From the NCBI GenBank assembly GCA_019057375.1, contig DXJF01000044.1:1-20877 (forward strand): 20,877 nt of DNA, read 5' to 3'. Below the pieces are notes generated by a model. The model did not search any database and was not told the DNA's origin. It saw only the letters and a list, made by a program, of their open reading frames with translations. Shown here in pieces: positions 15,777-20,877 of the stretch (positions are counted from its first letter, which is position 1; each line of letters begins with the position of its first letter). This DNA is from Candidatus Heimdallarchaeota archaeon. GTDB lineage: Archaea; Asgardarchaeota; Heimdallarchaeia; Heimdallarchaeales; Heimdallarchaeaceae. The position numbers and the translations under genes were made by a program.

Positions 15777-16259
15777 CTACAATTTAACAATTTTTATTGA
15801 ATTTTCTGTATTCTTGATCAGTAAATGAAAAGCATCTTGTGATAGTTCCAAAGTCTCTGTATTGATGTTTGGGTGAAAAGAAACAATATCAGAGGTCCAA
15901 ACAGATTCTTCAACAACATATATCACTCTGTTATCTTTATCATTTACTAGTCCTAAAGGTGAAACAGCTCCTTTAGTTAACCCTAGAAGATTTTCTAAAT
16001 CTTGTTCATCGACAAAAGTTAGATGAGAGCAATTCAATTTTGTTTTCAGAGATTTAATATCTAAACGTTGATCAGCAGGAATTGTAACCAGAAAGTAATT
16101 ATCTCCAGTTTTTTCTTCCAGGAATAGATTTTTACAATGTAAACCAGGAATGAAACCGCAGTGAATTTTTGCTTCAGCCGCTGTAAAAACTGCAGGATGT
16201 GAGTGGAGGATATATTCGACTCCATTATCGTCTAGCCAAGTTGCTAGTGTTGAATCCAT
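15777..16259 (-). CDS. YbaK/ProX superfamily aminoacyl-tRNA deacylase (ProXp-ala/PrdX-like)
   Basis: HPAVFT..EA, CKNLFL, GAVSPLGL and HPNINTETL. Confidence 0.88.
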   Translation of the reverse strand: MDSTLATWLDDNGVEYILHSHPAVFTAAEAKIHCGFIPGLHCKNLFLEEKTGDNYFLVTIPADQRLDIKSLKTKLNCSHLTFVDEQDLENLLGLTKGAVSPLGLVNDKDNRVIYVVEESVWTSDIVSFHPNINTETLELSQDAFHLLIKNTENSIKIVKL

Positions 16260-16269
16260 TTAATCACTC

Positions 16270-16659
16270 TCAAGTAAGTTTAGTTCTTGCAAACCTATCT
16301 TTGCTCTTTCCACAACTGCTACAAACGGTTTCAGATGGTTCCATTCTAGCTTCACAATATTCACAGAAAATCGCTTCCTTAGATGCTTGAGCTTTAGATG
16401 GATCATAGTGTTTATACTCAATATCTTGATCATAAGGTCGATGTTTCTTAGCCAAAACAAAGTCGTTTCTCTCTTTTTGTCTTATCCTAACAAAAACAAC
16501 CCACATAATAGTAATTATCAACATAACACCAACAGCAGCTGGTACTACCACAATTACTGGATCTGCAAAATCCAAAAATGCTAGTATAACAACCATTCCG
16601 CCAAGTATGATTGAAATCAATGAAAGAATAATATACGCTTTCTTAGCTTTAGGTTCCAT
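16270..16659 (-). CDS. Two-TM membrane protein with C-terminal zinc ribbon
   Basis: Two N-terminal hydrophobic helices and CEYC...CSSCG. Confidence 0.8.
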   Translation of the reverse strand: MEPKAKKAYIILSLISIILGGMVVILAFLDFADPVIVVVPAAVGVMLIITIMWVVFVRIRQKERNDFVLAKKHRPYDQDIEYKHYDPSKAQASKEAIFCEYCEARMEPSETVCSSCGKSKDRFARTKLT

Positions 16660-16770
16660 TACAATTATTATGTTCGCAGACGATACTTAAATTTTGTTAA
16701 AGTGAAAATGCTTCAGACAAAACATCTATTTCACATGAAAATTTTTAAACTGAAAGAACATCAATAAAAT

Positions 16771-17373
16771 GTGTCATCCGGTGAAATTTTTAAAAGAGAA
16801 GAATTAACAGAAAAAATCCAAGAAATTTTTGGAACACCTGAATTCGGTCTAGAACATATAAATGGAGACATGTACATCTTTAACAACTCCTATCTAGTTG
16901 CAAATGTCCTTCTAACTCAAGAAATAGATATTTACATCCCATCAGAGAAAGTGTTTTTCAGTGGAGAGTATGATGAGAAAACATACTTGAGAGAAAAGAT
17001 TGTTTTTGAACAATATGTGGAGATTTACACAAATAAAAACGAAAATTTTTCTACTATGGTAAGTGGGTCTAGAAAAATAGCTTCTTTTGATGAAGCCTTT
17101 GCTAAACTAGAAAAATTTGGAAGGAAGATATATCTTTTGCTAGAGAAAATTGCAGAGTATTATAGTGGAGATGTAGAGTATTCTTATCAGGATTGCAGAT
17201 TTAAAGGTTTAGAGAAAAAAGATTATGAAAATTCTTCAGAACGCGGGTATTTTGCTCAAAGTTCTTCAGTAAGCAGTCAAGAGTTAAGTAGTGGAAGTTT
17301 AAAGAAAATTCAGCAAGTAGATAAAGAAATACAAGAGTATGCGGAGAGCAAAGCTGAAGAAAATAAAACTTAA
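16771..17373 (+). CDS. Hypothetical acidic protein
   Basis: 200-aa ORF with GTG start and no motif recognised. Confidence 0.65.
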   Translation: MSSGEIFKREELTEKIQEIFGTPEFGLEHINGDMYIFNNSYLVANVLLTQEIDIYIPSEKVFFSGEYDEKTYLREKIVFEQYVEIYTNKNENFSTMVSGSRKIASFDEAFAKLEKFGRKIYLLLEKIAEYYSGDVEYSYQDCRFKGLEKKDYENSSERGYFAQSSSVSSQELSSGSLKKIQQVDKEIQEYAESKAEENKT

Positions 17374-17415
17374 AGAAAATCATAGTCTATTTCTACACGA
17401 TAATAACTGCGAAGT

Positions 17416-18114
17416 TCAATTCAGATTTTTTCTCTTTTTTGCGTTTCTTTTTTCTAATTTCTTTTTCATAAAATCTACTTTGAAAGGTTTACCATGGGAT
17501 ATGTATATGTTTTTTGCTCCTTCTTCAATTATTCTTTCCCAGCTCTTCCAAATACGCTCTTGATCAATTGCAATCGCAGGAATTCCACGACGTAATCTCA
17601 GAGGAAATCCTTGAACTGAACATCCAATAAGTGCATCCCCATCTTCTGTTATAACTGCAACAGTACCTGGAGTATGTCCAGGGGTATGAATAACCTTCGC
17701 TTTAATACCAAAATCAATGAGTGAATATTCATCTTGAATAACGATATCAGGTTCAACTGGGTCTGTTTGTGCCCAGGATTTTGGCATAGTCGGCACCATT
17801 AATTTTGTTAGAAAAGTAAGCGGTCGAACTTCTGCAGATATTCCTTTAGCTATAAACTCTTTTTCATTTTCATGAACTAAGACTTGTGCTTTTGTAAGTT
17901 CCTGAATCGTTTTTAAGGCACCAGTATGATCGAAATGTGCATGATTTATTATTATCAACTTAATCTCTTCGGGGAGAATATGATTGTCTTCTAGAAGTCT
18001 TAAATATTTTTTCACGTTGTGTTTATAACCAGCATCGAATTGAATGTATCCAAATTCAGTTCTAAGTAAAAAGACGTTGGTAAATCCTAAATTTAAAACA
18101 ATAACATTTTCCAT
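17416..18114 (-). CDS. Metallo-beta-lactamase-fold hydrolase
   Basis: NHAHFDHTG (HxHxDH), HTPGHT and SHG. ATG18114 is preferred over TTG18123. Confidence 0.9.
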   Translation of the reverse strand: MENVIVLNLGFTNVFLLRTEFGYIQFDAGYKHNVKKYLRLLEDNHILPEEIKLIIINHAHFDHTGALKTIQELTKAQVLVHENEKEFIAKGISAEVRPLTFLTKLMVPTMPKSWAQTDPVEPDIVIQDEYSLIDFGIKAKVIHTPGHTPGTVAVITEDGDALIGCSVQGFPLRLRRGIPAIAIDQERIWKSWERIIEEGAKNIYISHGKPFKVDFMKKKLEKRNAKKRKNLN

Positions 18115-18218
18115 AGAAAGCAAACATCATATCTTCCTTTTATAGTTTTGGTGGAATAAGAGTTGCAAAATAATATAAGTTTTTTATATTAGCATGAGTT
18201 CTATTTCTTGCTTCATTA

Positions 18219-19256
18219 ATGAAATCTAATTCATTTATCCTGAGTTCCTCTCCAATTGATGAGATAATTAGACTAGCAAATTACACTGTAAAACATATAT
18301 GGAGTATTAGCGAGACAAGAAGTTTCGATGAAATAAATTTTCTTCCTCAGCAGTATTGTCAGCTCAGTAAACACATCTATACCTCTATAGTACCTAAGAT
18401 TAGAGATAGATCAGACAAACTATTAATTATCAGTCATTGTTCAGAACTAAATAGACTTCATTCATTATTAGATGAGATCTGCAAACATGATTTTATAGAA
18501 GTTCCACGAAGCAACAGAAAACATGCTCAAGTTTATCTGGAAAAGCAAATTGAAGACTATATTAACAATGATTCATCACTAGAATCTGTTTCAATAAATA
18601 AATTGAAACAAGAAATTAAAGACAGACAGAATCTAATAAAATATTTGAAAGAAGTACATACGAAAAAACAAATGAAATATGTAGATTTACTTTCTCTAAT
18701 TCCTGTAATTTTGGATCGGGATGCTGCATCTTTTCAAAAAATAAAGAATGAAATAGATAAGAAAATCAGCAGCAATAGTTTAGAAAGTAAAACAAAAATC
18801 GATAAGCCATCCGTTTTGATATTGGGAGAATTTTGGAGTGAGGAGATTCTTCTTATATTAGAAAAAATGGATGAATTATTCGAAATAAAGAAGGATACAT
18901 TTGAAAATGGGCTATGTTTTGTGTATCAAGAACTTAAGGAAACCTCAATTGAAGATCTGAAGTCATACATTAATTTTGTTGTTCTAAATACAATAAAAGG
19001 GAAGTTTAACCCATCTTTACTGGATTTTGAGGTAGACGAAATTAGCAATGTAGTTGAACAAAATGGTATCGAAGGAATCATCATCTTAAATTACAAATTC
19101 TGTGATGTATTTACATTTTTAGTACCATTGATAAAACAGATTCCAGATTTTGATTTACCTATATTGGAAATAGAACTTGAGAGCGAAGGATTAGGTTTTG
19201 AACAAGTTAAAACAAGACTTGAAGCTTTTAAGGAATGTTTGATTGATAGGAGGTAA
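18219..19256 (+). CDS. 2-hydroxyacyl-CoA dehydratase subunit (HgdB/FldC-like)
   Basis: Three Cys contexts (YCQLSK, HCSE, KFCD), IEGII and a C-terminal QVKTRLEAF. Confidence 0.78.
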   Translation: MKSNSFILSSSPIDEIIRLANYTVKHIWSISETRSFDEINFLPQQYCQLSKHIYTSIVPKIRDRSDKLLIISHCSELNRLHSLLDEICKHDFIEVPRSNRKHAQVYLEKQIEDYINNDSSLESVSINKLKQEIKDRQNLIKYLKEVHTKKQMKYVDLLSLIPVILDRDAASFQKIKNEIDKKISSNSLESKTKIDKPSVLILGEFWSEEILLILEKMDELFEIKKDTFENGLCFVYQELKETSIEDLKSYINFVVLNTIKGKFNPSLLDFEVDEISNVVEQNGIEGIIILNYKFCDVFTFLVPLIKQIPDFDLPILEIELESEGLGFEQVKTRLEAFKECLIDRR

Positions 19257-19260
19257 AAAG

Positions 19261-20511
19261 ATGGATGCAAGTAAGTTCTTACGATTCGCTTTCAAGCATT
19301 TGATGATAAAACCTGTAAGTTTTTCAGCTGCTACAGTAGCTTCATGGTTGACAAATATTAAATCAGATAGAATCATCTATAATCAATACACTAAGTTTCT
19401 CAGAGAATGCTACAGAAATTTAAATAGAGTTGCTTGGGTTCCCTTTGTATATCCTGTGGAAATCCTATATGCAATGAACTTGCTACCATTCACAACAGAG
19501 GTATTTGGGAGCAATTATGCTAGAGTACCTTGGTTAATACCAGATGCTTTTGAAAAAGCTTTCCAGATTGGATTACCTGCTGATTCATGCAGTTTTCATC
19601 ATGCTTCTGTGGGAATTTTTTCTCAGAATATTCTTCCAAAGGCAAAAATAATTTTGGGTGGTACTCCAACTGGTTGCGAAGATCAATACCATACATTACG
19701 ATTGATGTCGAAGATGTTCAAAACAAAATATTATGCTATAGATATCCCTAGAAATTATTCAGGAGAAAAAGAGAAATTTGAATATTTCAAAAATGAACTA
19801 TATGGTTTAATTGAGTTTTGCGAAAAAGAAACAGAGTTTACGTTCGAAAGGGAAGAATTGAGGAGAATTAACTCTCGTTATAGAGAGGTTTATCAGAAAT
19901 ACGAGAAAATTATGCAACTTAAAGCAGATGTTCCAACAAAGCTTTTTGAAGGTCACTTTACTGCTATTTCTTCAGTTTTGGTTGATTTTGTTGGAAGTTT
20001 AGAGAGGGTTGAGAAATATTTCGATAAAGCAGTAAAAGACTTCAACTATCTAAAATTTCCAAAAATGGGCGATTCATCTAAACGTATTGCATGGATTGGA
20101 CACCCAATTGTACCCTTAAGAAAACTTCAATATTTCTTAGCAGAAAATAATGCGTTTATAGGTTATCAAGAATTCATGGAAAGTACTGTGCCTCCTCCTT
20201 CAAAAAGAAATAATCCTATTGAGGAAGTAGCAGAGAAATATCTATCAGCATACTCAAATGTACCAATTGAGAAAAGACTAGAAGTAATAAAAAAACGTTT
20301 GAGCAAACATCGATATGATGGGATTGTTTACATGACTTCGTGGGGATGCCACCAATTAAATTCTACAGCTTCTTATATTGTTGAAAACTTGAAAGAAAAT
20401 TATCCTGTTGTTCTGATAGATTCAGATAGCTGTAATATCAAAAATGTTGGAGAAGAACAAGTTAAAATGAGATTAGAAGCTCTTTTAGAATTAATTGAAC
20501 AACGAGATTAA
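19261..20511 (+). CDS. 2-hydroxyacyl-CoA dehydratase subunit (HgdA/FldB-like)
   Basis: PVEILYAM, LPADSCS, GCED, YDGIV....WGCH and MRLEAL. GGAGGT at 19249-19254 supports a start at ATG19261. Confidence 0.85.
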   Translation: MDASKFLRFAFKHLMIKPVSFSAATVASWLTNIKSDRIIYNQYTKFLRECYRNLNRVAWVPFVYPVEILYAMNLLPFTTEVFGSNYARVPWLIPDAFEKAFQIGLPADSCSFHHASVGIFSQNILPKAKIILGGTPTGCEDQYHTLRLMSKMFKTKYYAIDIPRNYSGEKEKFEYFKNELYGLIEFCEKETEFTFEREELRRINSRYREVYQKYEKIMQLKADVPTKLFEGHFTAISSVLVDFVGSLERVEKYFDKAVKDFNYLKFPKMGDSSKRIAWIGHPIVPLRKLQYFLAENNAFIGYQEFMESTVPPPSKRNNPIEEVAEKYLSAYSNVPIEKRLEVIKKRLSKHRYDGIVYMTSWGCHQLNSTASYIVENLKENYPVVLIDSDSCNIKNVGEEQVKMRLEALLELIEQRD

Positions 20512-20560
20512 GAACAGATTTTGAAAAGTTTTTAAAAGGCCACTTCAGTAGCAGTCACAT

Positions 20561-20877
20561 ATGTTTGTAATTGGTTTAGATATTGGTTCAACTACTACTA
20601 AAGCTACTGTGTTAAACAATGAGAAGGAAATACTTAGCTATGAGATTATTCCAACTGGAGCAAATATGGTAGATGCAGAAAAGCAAGTTTTTAACACAGT
20701 ATTAGAAAAAGCTAATCTTGAAAGAAATCAAATAGCTAACGTTGTTTCTTCAGGTTATGGAAGAGAAAGATCACGATTTGCTAAGAGTCAAATCACTGAA
20801 ATTAAAGCAATGGCTATAGGCGCTGAATATCTATTCCCAGGAGTCAAAACTTTGATAGATGTTGGTGGTCAAGATAA
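20561..20877 (+). CDS. Acyl-CoA dehydratase activase (HgdC/BadG-like ASKHA ATPase), truncated by the window edge
   Basis: My translation is MFVIGLDIGSTTTKA...SGYGR...ITEIKA...TLIDVGGQD. It lies directly after the two dehydratase subunits. Confidence 0.88.
   Translation, partial: MFVIGLDIGSTTTKATVLNNEKEILSYEIIPTGANMVDAEKQVFNTVLEKANLERNQIANVVSSGYGRERSRFAKSQITEIKAMAIGAEYLFPGVKTLIDVGGQD

Noticed and set aside
1017-19376. Other 60-74 aa track ORFs (1017, 1466, 9433, 10702, 11157, 11998, 14001, 16199, 16260, 16387, 17201, 17339, 19191)
   Set aside because: All lie within or across longer motif-supported genes on the opposite strand or another frame.
1-20877. tRNA, rRNA, transposase or catalytic integrase genes
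   Set aside because: No cloverleaf, rRNA-like GC-rich tract, DDE/HUH or R-H-R-Y motif was recognised by eye. A tRNAscan or HMM run would be needed to exclude them fully.

Overview
A 20.9-kb, AT-rich (roughly one-third GC by eye) archaeal window. Archaeal origin is inferred from TATA-like boxes about 22-35 bp upstream of mostly leaderless starts and an archaeal-type vapBC pair. Secreted proteins ending in a TM helix plus Lys/Arg tail suggest an Asgard (Heimdallarchaeia-like) host, but that is inference. Most of the window is ordinary hydrolase and amino-acid catabolism genes: nitrilase-family, alpha/beta hydrolase, amidohydrolase, S66, TatD, M14, creatininase-like, MBL, and a 2-hydroxyacyl-CoA dehydratase operon with its activase truncated at the right edge. 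The standout is at 2.17-4.69 kb. Four same-orientation copies of a short palindromic site (TCAA[C/T]CT-N4-5-AG[G/A]TTGA between T-tracts) divide the region into self-contained, co-oriented gene modules: a pseudogenised DUF6144-like gene, a membrane protein and a vapBC toxin-antitoxin pair. The two sites flanking vapBC carry reciprocal arm variants, as expected if the module entered by site-specific crossover in the spacer. This suggests a cassette-like system, although no recombinase is present in the window. Other highlights are an orphan EhpF/GriC-like adenylating enzyme and an unannotated 45-aa Zn-ribbon micro-protein.
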